From the NCBI RefSeq assembly GCF_006345805.1, contig NC_043006.1, positions 97,402,001 to 97,466,000 on the forward strand: a stretch of 64,000 bases of DNA, read 5' to 3'. The stretch comes from Octopus sinensis. Lineage: Eukaryota. The notes beneath the pieces were generated by a model, which ran no database searches, was not told where the DNA came from, and saw only the letters and a list, made by a program, of their open reading frames with translations. A program made the position numbers and the translations under genes. This document shows positions 36,274 through 54,495 of the stretch, in pieces; the first letter of the stretch is position 1, and each line of letters opens with the position of its first letter.

Positions 36274-36597
36274 ATTTAAATGAATATATATATCTAAAAA
36301 ATAAGCATCAATGGATGATGAGCTCGTACAGTCATGGACAAACTGAAGTCCGCAGATTTAACGGAATGATACGCCTAATGAACCATTTCGTGTGACCCGC
36401 TTGATGATGGAACATATCTCAAGTGACCTGTTTCTCGACAAAATTGCCTATGATACACTAGACTCGTGTAGAGCCATAAAAATCCTTTTTTTTTTCAAGC
36501 CCCATAAAAGTACCGACCATGTATACTTTTGAACAGAATAATATTTCATTAATCATAATTCCAAAATGATTAAATTTCAATATAGAGATTTCAATAG

Positions 36598-36710
36598 GTA
36601 GGTTTACAGCAGAGTCTGAAAGAAGCATCGATGCTTTAAAGTTCAAATCACCAAAAGAAGGACAGATTTACTTGGAGAACAATTCTGAAATGTCAAATTT
36701 CCGAACAACA
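36598..36710 (+). CDS. Candidate internal exon of an unidentified gene
   Basis: AG|...|GTCAGT boundaries; open frame [38 protein letters not shown] in non-repetitive sequence; no homology recognised. Confidence 0.25.
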
Positions 36711-36769
36711 GTCAGTTTATTTACAGACAGTTCTCACTCGACTCTATTGATCGCAATACACACTGTCAC

Positions 36770-40660
<3,891 letters not shown>

Positions 40661-40689
40661 TAATAAAAACACATAAAACTTGTTAAATA

Positions 40690-41790
40690 TAGCTACCCAG
40701 GGTTTCCTGGTCGAAACCTTAATTCAATTCGCCATTTTTCAAGCTAAGAGCAAGACTGATTGTCAGTTGCTTTTTAAGCATATGACGACTAGATAAGGGA
40801 GCAACATAAGGAAGAAAACGAAAGAAAAAAAAACAAAGGGAGATAACCAACGTTATAATAAAAAATTAGCAAAAAGTTGTAAAACAAGAGCTTAATTGTT
40901 TACAATGTGACTGGTGGCCTATTTTTAAAATTCTCAAAGACGTATTTCTTTAAAATGTGGACATAGAGAAATATCTCGTTCCTGGAGTTTACATAGTCGT
41001 TGGAGGCTCTCAAGTTCTTTAAGAGATATAGTTTTTTTAAGAGAACACATTGAACATCCTGTGGACCCGTTAATAGCGGTTTGGTTTTGGATATGATTTT
41101 CCATATAATGTCGAAGCTGGTCTCTTCGTCTTTAAGTTTCCAGATTAGAGCCAAAAGGGTAGTTGAATGACTTTCATCACGGTACCTAAAATTCGAAACA
41201 TGGTTGTTATATCTTGATTAAAATTTTCCTTCTACGGCTCCGATATTACCTTTGATTTTCTGTTCGATTGTTGGCATAGTTCGCTGATTCTTGTGCTTCA
41301 TAAACAACAAAAGGTATATCGCATTTCTGTTCTAGAGGACATATAGATTTGTTTCTACATGTGCATCCAGGGTAGGCTTGCGCCGTCTGTTACTTACTGA
41401 TATATGATTTAACATTAGGGGTGGATGGAGTGTCGCAGGAAAAAAACAATCTTGATTGTGTGTCTGTTAAAGATTTTAGTGTATCTATGGATTCTAAGAT
41501 TCAAAGAAAGTGGATATCTACAAAGTGCAACAATCTTTTCCTTACATTTGTCCTAAAATTAAGGGAGAAAGGTGGAATGATCCATAAAACTTCTCCGGAC
41601 CTATTCTTACAACTAGATGATAGAGGAAGTGGAGAGTTGTAAAAGATTTTATTAGCAAAGGCGCTAACCAATAGAGCCTTATGATAATATGGGGCAGCAT
41701 TTTCGAATACTTCTTTAGAAGGAGAAAGGTACATGTGATCCCAATGTTTGGAATTGAATACAAATGCATACAGATATATATTCGTATATA
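40690..41790 (-). mobile_element. Decayed Penelope-like element 3' part (RT thumb, GIY-YIG C-terminus, pLTR)
   Basis: SPSKEVFENAAPYYHKAL...WIIPPFSLNFRTNVRKRLLHFVDIHF and IWKLKDEETSFDIIWKIISKTKP...RNEI. Confidence 0.8.
40691..40746 (-). ncRNA. Degenerate type I hammerhead ribozyme relic in Penelope pLTR
   Basis: Minus strand: TAGC-TTGAAAAA-TGG...CCA-G-GAA-ACCC-T-GGGT-A-GCTA; stems I-III present, CUGANGA core mutated. Confidence 0.5.
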
Positions 41791-42317
41791 TCAGAACAAG
41801 AGGATACAAGTGGATAGAAGAGTCGCTGAAGAGGTCATAGATTTGTGGCGAAAGATTTCCAGACAATGGACATATGATAAAATAAGAACAATAATAAACG
41901 AGCGAAGAACGAATATATAATGTGTGTGTTTGACACGATAAACATGACCAACCGAAAATATAACAATATAACAATATATATATATAATATAAATGCAAAT
42001 ATAAATTCTTGTCAAAACATCTGCTAAATGTATTGTACGATGTACCCGCACCCACGCCTGCCTGTACATATACATGCATACATACAATTACTTGGTGAAT
42101 GTTGTCTACATTCCAGTGGAAGATGCTCGTTTCCTGTTTGGAAACCGGATTTTTCGCTATTGTGAATCCTTTTAAAAATAAACCAAAAATATTATTGACA
42201 TATATACGTATAAATATACTTATATACATATACTTATATATACATATACATAAACGTACATATACATACACATACATAATAGAAGCCTACATATGCATAT
42301 ACATCCATATAGAGAGT

Positions 42318-42640
42318 TAAGACCCCTTAGGTCATGACCGACCATTGGATTGCACCTAGAAAGTTCACCTCCGAGGCACAAGTCTGGGAAAGATTGTTTA
42401 TGGAATACCAGCAGTCGCCCATGCATATCAACCTCATCCCTCCACGCCACGGGTGTTGCCCAAGGAATAGGCAAACACATCTTGGCACCAGTGACGTCGC
42501 AATTCATTTCTACAGCTGAGTGAACTGGAGCAACATGGAATAAAGTGTCTTGCTCAAGAACACAACACACAGCTCGGTCCGGGAATCGAACACAATACCT
42601 TTTATTGTGAGCCCGACACTCTAACTACTGAGCTATGCGC
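42318..42640 (-). mobile_element. SINE family E
   Basis: Homologous to 13898-14220. Confidence 0.82.
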
Positions 42641-42748
42641 CTTCACATCCATACATACACACACATAATACACATATATATATATACATACAAATATACA
42701 TACAAACATACATACATACATATATACATACATACATATATACATACA

Positions 42749-42799
<51 letters not shown>

Positions 42800-43522
42800 C
42801 ATACATACATACATACATACATACATACATACATACATACATACATACATAGATGACTACATACACACATATACCAGAGACGACATAAGCGTAACCATGA
42901 TAAAAGAAGAAGATATGGTCACGTGCCGCAGGTGAGAAATGCCTGTGGACGTAAGAATTGAATTAAGACCTGCATCAGTTCTACGAAAAGGGGTCGGGAA
43001 AAGGATGAAGAATTACTAGAATCTAAAAGTATCTAATTATTTAGTAGTGTATAGCAGTTATGTCATCAAGCCACTTTGAGTATAAATTGACTGCTCTTCC
43101 TTATTGGCAGTAAAATTCGTATATTAAGTAAATGTGTAAATAGACCAGTGGAGTTTTCTTCTTAGAAAACCACGAAGAACAAAATATGATTGAAAAGACA
43201 ACTATATTAAGAACAATAACTCGAAATTAGTTTTCTGCCATTACACGGACACGTCGTAGCGCTTGTGCGCAAACAGAAATGAGTGAAGAATATAAACAAT
43301 TGATAACAAAGCTTATAGAAAAACTCAAGCGAATCGTCACTTCATTATCTGCAATCAACAAATAACTGCTTGAAAGACCGGTTATGACACGAGTCGATAA
43401 TGAAACCACCGTCTCACTCGATGTTATCGCTGATCTATTTAGTTGTGAAAGAAGAAATACTCAGCGTAAATCGAAGCTCCCAACTTTTGGGCAATGAACG
43501 ATATACTGTATTTGCGTTTCAG

Positions 43523-43652
43523 TCCCTATTCGCCAACAAACAGGAGTAACAAGAATCGAGCGTTACGAGGAAAGCAAACCAAATGGATCACTTCTCTATC
43601 TACAAAAATATCCACATATGAGGAAAGCTATTGGACTATCGCTAAACAAAAA
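43523..43652 (+). CDS. Candidate exon of an unidentified gene
   Basis: Acceptor tatttgcgtttcAG, donor GTAAAT (alternative GTAAGT at 43689); two frames open over 130 nt. Confidence 0.2.
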
Positions 43653-43704
43653 GTAAATAGTAAATAGTAAAGTCAAGAACCATCAGCGGTAAGTTTATCA
43701 TAGA

Positions 43705-44099
43705 CTAGCAGTATCACCCGGCGTTGCTCGGGTTTGTAAGGGAAATAACTATATAAGCATTTTCAGAGATGTAAAGTATAATAGCCATCTCAATATGGCT
43801 AACCACAAAGGGGGGTGTTACTGTAGCTTTTTACGTTCTGAGATTTAATAATACATTTTTAGAGAGTTACTTCCCTTATATAATAGCCAAAAAATGCGTT
43901 AAAAATGGGCAAAAAATGATTGTAAATTTTTTAAAAATCGTAGACTCATCGTAGACGCACGCTAATACCCAGAAGGGATCGATATGAATCACGACTATAA
44001 GATACCCGCTTTTGGTTACACTGCACCGAAAAATGTGGGAGTAGTTAGGAATCTAAATCGTAGGAGACAGACAGACAACTTCACTTTTATATATAAAGA
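43705..44099 (-). mobile_element. Non-autonomous Helitron, copy 2
   Basis: Same termini (A|TC ... hairpin-CTAG|T) and body as 23632-24029. Confidence 0.8.
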
Positions 44100-44454
44100 T
44101 TATCCAAGGTCTATGAAATGTGTCGGTAAGGGACACTCAAAAGCAAGTTAATTATCCTTAAGCGCGAACTGTGTCAGGACTATCAGTTGCATACTTGCAT
44201 TGCACCCACAACCAGTATCCCGCAGCAGAAAAGGCCATAATACCGAGTTCGCAAAAGTCTCGCCTCATGAATGATTTTAGCATTTTATTTAGACTACACA
44301 TTAGTATCCCAACCGTGATGCAATGTGGTCGAATGAGTGAGTACAGCAGAAATGCCATCTAGAGAAATAGTCATACAAAAGCGCACCGGAGCCAGAATAA
44401 TTCAATGCCTTTAACAATAAAGAATACTTGTGGAATATTCTTATAAGAATCTTT

Positions 44455-44838
44455 TCTGCTCTAAGCACAAGACCCGAAATTTTTGGTGAGGGGGCCAGTC
44501 GATTAGATCGACCCTAATATGCAGCTGGTATTTAATTTATCAACCCCGAAAGAAGGAAAGGCGAAGTCGACTTCGGTGGAATTTGAACTCAGAACGTAAA
44601 GACAAACGAAATACTTATTTCTTTACTACCCACAAGTGGCTAAACACAGAGAGTACAAACAAGGACAGACAAAAGGATTAAGTCGATTACATCGACCCCA
44701 GTGCGTAACTGGTACTTTATTTATCGACCCCGAAAGGATAAAAGGCAAAGTCGACCGGGTGGAATTTGAACTCCGGCAGACGAAATACCGCTAAGCATTT
44801 CGCCCGGCGCGCTAACGTTTCTGCCAGCTCACCGCCTT
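44455..44838 (-). mobile_element. SINE family B dimer
   Basis: Same junction and alternative tail as 34255-34632. Confidence 0.85.
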
Positions 44839-46844
44839 TCTTATAACAATGCAGTGCTTACAATACCGATATGATATTGTTCAATAGGACAGGGAACAAA
44901 AATCATGTGTGCAGTAGCTACGAACCGCACATCTAAAATTGTGAAAAACTGAAGAGACCATTTACAGGGGACTAATGAGGAATGTACAGTTTCGATATCC
45001 ATGCTACAGATTCTTATTGTACCAATGATCATAGTCGCCCTGGGCTATACAAGAACATATTTAAATTTAAGACTAGTAATACTGAAGGTTTTACAAGAAA
45101 GAACGAAGAAAACTGACTCATATCCACTAAATCCAATTGATTTGTGGTACAATGATGGTTTGTGAAGTATTCTAAATACTATCAAAAAGTTTCAGAGAAA
45201 TGTGTTCTTACCAGTAGGCCATTCTAGTGTGCATTCTAAATATTCTCTATTTGAGATCTGTAGAATGAACATATACACACAATCACATATTTACATACTG
45301 CATACAGACTCCTTCATATATGCATGTAACCATATATTGTATTGTGAGAGCGAATAATAAGAGAGAGAAAGAGAGAGAGAAAGAGTGGAATGCCAGTAAG
45401 TAGGAAAGTGAAAGTATAAGAAAATGATTGAGTGAAAGACACTAAAATAATCTTCTTCCACTCTCTTCTTCTCTCAGTAATCTTATTGATTTTCTCCTTC
45501 TATTTCCCCTCTTGACGACAGCCGATATTTACGACATTTATCAGAAGAGAGAAAAGGAAATATCGATCTCATAGGTGTCCCTTGACATAACAAAACCGCT
45601 TTATGACAGGCAGACTTAGACTAGGATCTTCCTTTCGCTGATTTTTTTTCTTTTCCTTCTCGCCTTCACTATCTTTAACAGATTTCTTTTTACTCTCTTT
45701 TTGTCTCTCCATCCTCCTTACTCTCTTCCCATTTCTTTTCTATCTCGCCATGCCTTTTCTCTCTTCTTCTCTCAGTTCCACTCACTATTTCTGGTTTTCT
45801 TCTCTTTCTACTTCATGACTTCTTCTCGTTGTCTGTCTGTCTGTCCGTTTTCCATTTTGTTTTCTCTTTCTCTCTGTAATTTTTCTTTAGTTTACATAAC
45901 ATTGTGTGTGTGTGTCTGTGTATGCGTGCATGTGTGTGGGCACTTTGTGTCTAATATGAACAAGTGTGCATATATGTGTAAATGTCTCAGTTCATGGATC
46001 TGTACGCGTGTGTGTGAGTGCGTTCCTGCGTGAGTGTATGCATGTACGTATGTATGCATGTACGTATGTATATATGTATGTATATATCTATGTATGTATA
46101 TATGTAGGTAGGTAGGAATACTTATGTATATTGCAGACATACATGCATACGGCTGTATATGACTACATACTTCTTTCCCTTTCTCTCTCTATCCCCCCTC
46201 TCTTTCTCTCTCTCTCTCTATATATATATGTATGTGTGTGTGTGTGTGTGTGTGTGAATGTCTAAGAGTGCACGTGTTACAGAACTAGCACGTGTATATG
46301 CGTGTGCTTGAATGTGTCAAAGTTTGTACATGAATACATGTGCACGTGTATTTTTTTCTCTCTCTACGCATACATGTGTATTTGTATGTGTGTCCCCGAT
46401 GGATCTGTGGATGACTTCTCTTTAAAACTATATCGCCAGATTGAGAGTTTGTGAAAATATTGATCAGCCAAACGCCAATACGAAAGTTACGCATATGTAT
46501 ATTGATAAAAGTGTATTCGCTTTCATGCATAGATCTAGGTGGATTCGCACACACCCTCTAGCAAAACAAAACACACTGTACACTTAAGTAAAGGCATGGA
46601 AAATCACTTAGTGACTTTCCATCAGTGAATAACTCTTACACACACACTCACACACACATACACACATACACACACACTAATATGCGAGCGTTTGTGTGTG
46701 TGTATAAGAGTTATACACTGAAGGAAAGCTACTAAGTGGTTTTCCATCACGCTAGAAATGGGAATTAAATCCCAAACCACGAAAAACCTATTCTTATTTT
46801 GGCAAGTCAGTTTGAGAGAATTCAAAAATTAATATTTAATTTTC

Positions 46845-46879
<35 letters not shown>

Positions 46880-46953
46880 GTTATATTTCGGAATGGTCAT
46901 TTTGCCAGTTTAGCCAATAAAAATACACGCACTGCGCAACAAATATATAAACG

Positions 46954-46987
<34 letters not shown>

Positions 46988-47249
46988 TACACACACACAC
47001 ACATACACACACACATACACACACACATATGCGTGTGTGCATGGAAGTCTATGAAGATTACTTTATACAGTTTTTGAAGTGTAGAGATGATTATTTTAGA
47101 AAATTATTTTTAAAGAAAATGTTATGAAATCTCCTATGAGGATGTTAGATGTTACTAACATTTTGGGGAAGAAGTTTTTCTTGTGTGTGAGCGCTTTCGT
47201 TAAACCTTTTCAAACAAACGTGCTCTGAAAGATACAACCCTATATGTAT

Positions 47250-47289
<40 letters not shown>

Positions 47290-47340
47290 CTCTGTATGCA
47301 TAGGTGAGATATATATGTATGTATAATTATATGTATACAC

Positions 47341-47378
<38 letters not shown>

Positions 47379-47910
47379 TATTTTACCTGTTTCAGCCATT
47401 GTTCTGCATTCGTGCTGGGTCACCACTTTGAAGGGTTTAGTCGAACAAATCTTGACAGGAATTGAGATCTGTTAGAAATAAGGTTCAGTATAAATAAATA
47501 GACTTTTTTTCTCTCTCTTTGTTAGCCATAAACATGCTTTCCTTTATGACTGCGTGTGTAAATGTGTCCATTCTGGGAGGGATACCGGAAGCAGGAATCA
47601 CGTGTTGAGTTAACACTCAGAGCACTCAAAGAAATTAAAGGTTTCATCAAACATACACTAAAAATAAAGTGGCCATGTGTTGCTCCTGCATACCAAAAGT
47701 ACCTATTTCTCCTGTTGGCTTGAGAAACTATCCTTCGTTGACTATCGGTTCTCTAAAAGACATGTTACAGCACGAAATCTACTGCAAAATATTCCTGTAA
47801 ATAACGGATGATATAATTTGAATGTTATTTTAGAAATGAAAAACTATAATAAAAACATATTAAATGAGAAAATGACGTAAAGTTATTTTTGTAATCCTTA
47901 TTTCTTTTAG

Positions 47911-47980
47911 GAAGTCGAGAAGTGCTAGAAAATCTTCCATCTACAGTTCTAAGTCAAAGGTTACGTCTCTGCCTGTTTGA
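47911..47980 (+). CDS. Candidate exon of an unidentified gene
   Basis: Strong acceptor tccttatttcttttAG; frame KSRSARKSSIYSSKSK(VTSLPV*); a second frame is open to 48113. Confidence 0.25.
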
Positions 47981-48325
47981 GATCATTCCTCTTCAGGCTG
48001 TTGACATTGATCGGATTTACAAGTACAAAGAAGTGAAACGTTTTAGTGATATCCCTATAGGGGGTCGGCAAAACTCGGAAACTCTGTTTACTAGAAGCTC
48101 AGGGCTATATTAAAGCGCTCTTACATTTACACTTGTTGAGATAAACGATGATGAAAGTGCACTGAGCTATCAACTAACTTAATGACCCAGAAGATATAAA
48201 AAGCGTTTCGTTCTTTTGTATGTGTTAGACAAAATTATATTCCACCTCATTTCTCCCAAACATTCTATCCTGTTCACAAGAGAGGCAGTGAACCAGCAAT
48301 ATTAACGATAGGTAGTGTGATGGTC

Positions 48326-48556
48326 GAAGGCAGCGAGCTGGGAGAAACGTTAGCACGCCGGGCGAAATGCTTATCGGTATTTCGTCTGCGTTACGTTGTG
48401 AGTTCAAATTCCGCCGAGGTCGACTTAGCCTTTCATCCTTTCAGGGTCGATAAATTAAGTACCAGTTACGCACTGGGGTCGATGTAATCGACTTAATACC
48501 TATGCCTGTCCTTGTTTGTCCCCTCTGTGTTTAGCCCCTTGTGGGTAATAAAGAAA
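48326..48556 (+). mobile_element. SINE family B with 17-bp TSD (1 mismatch)
   Basis: taggtagtgtgatggtc at 48309-48325 and taggaagtgtgatggtc at 48557-48573. Confidence 0.9.
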
Positions 48557-48919
48557 TAGGAAGTGTGATGGTCACAGTGGTAAATCTAATATAGTGAGGA
48601 GTGGAATCTGTGACCCAGTTTCGATTCCAGGATGTTGCTATTTCATTTAAACTTACATCATTAATATCATGGACAAATTCTAATTTAGGTTTCCTTTCTT
48701 ATAAATCGAATTTAGTCTGTCTACATTAAAAATCGCGATTCGTACAATGTTGTTACACAAGGGCAGAGCTGCCTGGTATTAATATGATCCTTGAAATAAT
48801 AGTGAGGTACATTTACCACAAAAAAACTAATCAGCAATAGGTAGACATCTGAAGGCCCGCAGTAGAAATACCATCGTATATGACTGCAATGAGAAAGGGA
48901 TTATACGGTAAATCGAATT

Positions 48920-49460
48920 GATGATCTCTCTCTCTCTCTCTGTTCCTCCCCCTCTCTCTCTGTTATTCCCCTCGCCCTCTGTTCCTCCTCTCTCTCTGTT
49001 CCTCACAATCTCTCTCTGTTCTTCCCCCTCTCTTTCTGTTCCTCCATCTCTCTCTCTGTTCCTCCCCCCTCTCTGTTACTCCACTCTCTCTATCTTCTTC
49101 ATCTCTCTTTGTTCCTCCCATCTCTCTCTGTTCTTCCCCTCTCTTTCCGTTCCTCCTTCTCTCTCTCTCTCTCTCTCTTTGTACACACATATATATATTC
49201 GTACATTTACATACACACACATACATCCATCCATCCATCCATCCATCCATCCATACATACATACATACACACACATACATACATAATACATACACACACA
49301 CATACACACACATACACACACATACACACATACATACATACATACATACATACATACATACATACATACATACATTCATACATACATACATACATACATA
49401 CATACATACATACATGCATACATATAAAGACACACATATACATACACACATTTGTATATG
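48920..49460. repeat. CT-rich tract followed by (CATC)n/(CATA)n
   Basis: Direct reading. Confidence 0.85.
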
Positions 49461-50165
49461 TACATAAATGTATATATCGGAACTAGATAAAGCTATAAAC
49501 ATCAGCGTGAAATATTGGATCCTACAGGCAGCCTTCAAGTTTTTCTATCTCAAAAGGTTCGTAATGCAATATTTACGCGTTATTATTTACAGCTTTATCT
49601 GCTTCGAGTTACACTATTCCGAAAAGAATTATTTCACGTGCTCTCGAAGTTATCTAATTCTCATGACGTCACCAATATATATGACAGTAACACACTAACA
49701 TCGACTAGGATGGGAATGCAAAGGGTGAGAAGCGTTTGTGAGGTATTTTGTAAGGTTATTCTAGACAAACTGCAGGGAACTCATAAGAAAATATTCAGAG
49801 AAATAAGATAAAATTTGTTAAACGTTAAACCTCGAATGCAATTGTGTTTTGCAAAAAACGGTTTAAATCCGGACTCAGCACAGATAACTTCACTATTCTT
49901 GTCCCCTTTGTCATAACCGCCTGTTTGTTCCTCACAAACGTCAGCGTGGCCATTGGATGTAATGCTCAATACGTCTACATCATCGACTCTTTCAGCAGCG
50001 CCTCTACAAACTTCGTCTACTAACTCAAATGCTCAGTTCCTATTCATTAGTCAGATTAGTAACTGACTTTTAGAGCGATTGACGGAGCATATCGAGATCC
50101 GTGACGTCCTGCTTGGTAACGAGTCACTCCTTTCAGGCAATTTCTCATTCCTATTTCTTTATTGC

Positions 50166-50265
50166 NNNNNNNNNNNNNNNNNNNNNNNNNNNNNNNNNNN
50201 NNNNNNNNNNNNNNNNNNNNNNNNNNNNNNNNNNNNNNNNNNNNNNNNNNNNNNNNNNNNNNNNN
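50166..50265. other. Assembly gap (100 N)
   Basis: Run of N; continuity across it is not guaranteed. Confidence 0.99.
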
Positions 50266-50495
50266 ATATGTATATATACATATATATGCAGCACGGATTT
50301 TCGTCAGTGAACAGGTCGCGATTTTAGCGACGAAAATATTTTGACAAATTAAACTTAAATGCTGAAGTGAATCGAACGGCTTTTGTGTTTCTTAAATGGC
50401 TTATAACACCTTCCACGCTGCAATTCTTTTCGTTCCAGCACACGATCTCAGATCAAAACTTGCTATGCGAGTATATCTCCTATATCTATATATAG

Positions 50496-50557
<62 letters not shown>

Positions 50558-51109
50558 TGTGTGTGTGGTATGTGTGTGTATGTGTGTATGTATATATATG
50601 TGCATGTATATATATATATTATATATATATATATATACGTATGTATATATATGTATACATAACGTATATGTGTGTGCGTGTGTCTGTATATGTGTGAGTT
50701 TGTGTGCGTGTGAGGTTGTGTGTGTGTGTGAGTATCAATTTCTGCCATGTTATGGCTAAATTATTGGGATTAGTTATTGCACAAATACTGGTTCAAATGT
50801 TTTAAAAATCTTTTTTTTTCACGATTCACAAAAGATGAGGTTAACAGTTTGATAAACTATTTCACCTCAAAGTCATTGAGTCCGGCGCTTTACCATTTCT
50901 TTCAATACCAATATCGATTACATCTCTATGAAAACGTAATTTTACCAATACGTTGTATCATCGATCTCCCTTCACATTTTTTTTTTTTATCAACAATGAC
51001 GAAAATATCGAATTTCTTTTATTGAATGTTACTTACTCTATCTTTCCAGTCCAACCAGTCCACTATATTTTGCTTATCTTTGTTCACCACACACTCACAC
51101 ACACACACA

Positions 51110-51187
<78 letters not shown>

Positions 51188-52644
51188 AACACACACACAC
51201 ACACACACACAGCATCAGGAACATCACAACGGTGAGATAAACTAATCTATCTCCGTGCTTCAGCTAAACTCTCTTCAACACTCAAGGCTATTCGCTACTC
51301 TTAGCAAAGCTGATTTCATTCTCTACCAAGTTTCTACCTGATTGCCAACTCGCTCTTTTCCCAGACTTGTCTCTCCTCGCAACTCTATTAGATAAAACGT
51401 TTCGTTAAACCTACTTCCTTTCGCGTCTGACGTTTAATGAATCACTCAACAGACTTTCATTATTGCTGTTTAAAAATTGGTTTCTTAGTTGATACGAAAT
51501 AAATACTCGACTCCTTCTCTCTCTCTCCTCACCTCTCTCTTCTCCTGTCTACATCTAACCCCCTTTCGTTCTCTGCTCTCTTTCTCTGTACATGATCTTA
51601 TGGCGAGGACTGAGCAGCCATTTGTTAAAGACATAAATTTATGTGACTTTCTTCGTAACAACTGTCGCTTCTATTTGTTGTGTAAGATATCTCGACAAAT
51701 CTGTCGATTTATTTGTTTTCTTCTCTTATTTTCCCTTCTTCAGCACTTTATATGTGTGTGTGTATGTGTGTGTATAGAATGTAATATGTTTGATAAATGT
51801 AGGAAGAAAATTCAAAGTAAGAGCAGGAACAGGGTGGGTCGTAACAAAAACGAAGCAGAGAATTAGGGAATGTTGAGGGGAATAAGAATATAAGAATACA
51901 AGAATATGTGAGAAATTAATAGAGACATCCGAAATGTTAAGCAAATTACAATGCAAGGCAGAAATTGTTCATAAAAAGGATATGAAAGAAGGGAACTAGT
52001 CTCTTATCCTACACACATCTAATACATCATTTTATTCTTTCAGTTCTCCACCTCCTTCGCCTCCGTAGCAGAAGCTGTGACGTCAAGACTTCAAGACTTC
52101 CAGTTCACTTTATTACATATGTAATTTTATTCAAACGTTTTGGAGATTAGCAAACCTGTACATTTTTAGAATCATCAGAGCATATAAAATCCGAAAACTA
52201 ATGTTGACATTTGCACAGAAAGTTGCTTGGCTGTCAGTTTTTAGATTTTCAAAATGGTTACCATAAAAACATATAATTTGTGCTATCTCAACTTCTAGAC
52301 TACATAAAACGCTTAAGTACGTGATAATCCTATGTTTTTTGGATCAAAGCGTCCAGTATGAACATTAAAATAGTTACAAGGATTATGGAAAGCCATGAAC
52401 AAAGTATCTGAAAAACATTGACCTTATATTTGTAGTATATAACTGTATTATGCAGTACTTGTTTCAAATCCTTTAAGGTTAGGTTTATGCGTTTACAAAG
52501 CAAAACACTGTTAGTTGAGCAATACGTTCAGCTGTTCGCAAGATCTAATAAGTCTATATTCCTCAAGAAAATGCCTCTGTAGAGATCTTCATTATTGTCC
52601 TCTGTGCCACCTTTTGGCATTACCAAGTCTACAATGGCCCATGG

Positions 52645-53048
52645 TTAATATTCTTTTACTTGTTTCAGTCATTTGACTGTGGCCTTGCTGGAGCACCGCC
52701 TTTAGTCGAGCAAATCGACTTCAGGACTTACTCTTTGTAAGCCTAGTACTTATTCTATCGGCCTCTTTTGCCGAACCGCTAAGTTACGGGGACGTATACA
52801 CACCAGCATCGGTTGTCAAGCGACGTTGTGGGGACAAACACAGATACACACATGCATACATACATATATATAAATATATACATATATACGACGGGCTTCT
52901 TTCAGTTTCCGTCTACCAAATCCACTCACTAGGCTTTGGTCGACCCGAGGCTATAGTAGAAGACACCTTGCCCAAGATGTCACGCAGTGGGACTGAACCC
53001 AGAACCATGTGGTTCATAAGCAAGCTACTTACCACACTGCTACTCCTA
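52645..53048 (-). mobile_element. SINE family A, full length
   Basis: Reverse complement of the A consensus. Confidence 0.9.
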
Positions 53049-53214
53049 CCTGGAAGACCGGTAACAATGCTGTCTTGTCTCGTGTGAATTCCATCTGGAT
53101 TGGCTTAATCATCAAAGCAGCTGATATCATACATATCACAATGTGTTTGTAAAGCTGTTCGTACCGTCCTTCAGCCAGAACCGAGTGAAAAAGAATCCCT
53201 TCCGCGCTCCAGTT

Positions 53215-53360
53215 GCGCACAAACCGGCTGGTACTCATTTATAGTTGATTAGACAGGAGTAATGCGAAAGGAAATTTCTTGCTCAAGGATGGAATGAGCA
53301 TTCCGGTGCAGGAATCTAAACCGTATCCTGTGATCATGAACTGAACGATCAAGTCATGAG
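53215..53360 (-). mobile_element. Old CORE-like SINE head
   Basis: ctggtactcatttatag...tcttgctcaagga...gatcatgaac pattern. Confidence 0.5.
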
Positions 53361-53376
53361 CCACACACACACACAC

Positions 53377-53377
<1 letters not shown>

Positions 53378-53460
<83 letters not shown>

Positions 53461-53504
53461 GTCTGTCTGTCTGCTGTCTGTCTATCTATCTACTATCTAT
53501 CTAT

Positions 53505-53540
<36 letters not shown>

Positions 53541-53597
53541 GTCTGTCTGTCTGTCTGTCTATCTATATCTATCTATCATCTATCTATCCATCTATCC

Positions 53598-53640
<43 letters not shown>

Positions 53641-53661
53641 CATCTATTATCTATCGATCTA

Positions 53662-53701
<40 letters not shown>

Positions 53702-53705
53702 TTAA
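53378..53705. repeat. (TATC)n/(TGTC)n array with no LINE insertion
   Basis: Direct reading. Confidence 0.95.
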
Positions 53706-54094
53706 CTATCTGTTTATCATGTTATTTTCTCGTTATCCATTTTTTATCCAGATGTGGCATCCAATGAACACTTTCCCTTCTATCTCGCATGCCTTTGAAC
53801 GATGCTACCCTCTTCCTCCAAAATATACCACTGAATCCTACTTTACCAGGACCACCATCGGATTACAATAGATATTGTGTTCTTTGTTTGCAATGCACCG
53901 TTTCTTTACGAGCGCAATCACTTTCTTTCAATCTATCCTCCACTTTACTCTCCCCCTCTATCAACGGCATACTGATTAAGTTCCAGCTTCAAATAAAGTA
54001 ACATGTTTTTTCGTTACTCCCGCATTCTTTCTTTTCCTATACTTTTTCTTCAGACTATGTAACTTTCCCAAGAAGAGATTGCGTTTCCTGTTTC

Positions 54095-54358
54095 TTAATC
54101 TCTCATTGAATGTCAAGCTAACAATTACTTATTCTTTTTATTACCCACAAGGGGCTAACATAGAGGGGACAACAAGGACAGACATAGTTATTAAGTCGAT
54201 TACATCGACCCCAGTGCGTAACTGGTACTTTAATTATCGACCCCGAAGGATAAAGGCAAGTCGACCTCGGCGGAATTTGAACTCACAACGTAGCGCCAGA
54301 CGAAATACTGCTAAGCATTTCGCCCGGAGTGCTAACGTTTCTGCCAGCTCGCCGCCTA
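54095..54358 (-). mobile_element. SINE family B
   Basis: Reverse complement of the B consensus. Confidence 0.85.
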
Positions 54359-54464
54359 AAAAGCTACATGGCCAGTATACAATTACTACATGATAGATCG
54401 GTAGCCACTACACACATTTTTTTTCTCTCCTTGTTTCTCTCCTTGTTTCTTTTTGTGTTCCTTT

Positions 54465-54495
54465 GTGTAGAAGAGCGTAGGCTCGAAACGTAAAA
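54465..54495 (+). ncRNA. Minimal hammerhead-like motif (probably Penelope-derived, degenerate)
   Basis: GTGTAGA-A-GAGC-GTAG-GCTC-GAAAC-GTA: perfect stem II and GAAA, core deviates from CUGANGA. Confidence 0.35.

Noticed and set aside
50780-51500. Another jockey-like LINE 3' fossil around the (CA)n
   Set aside because: Similarity (for example RSFPRLVSPRNS) is too weak to support by eye.
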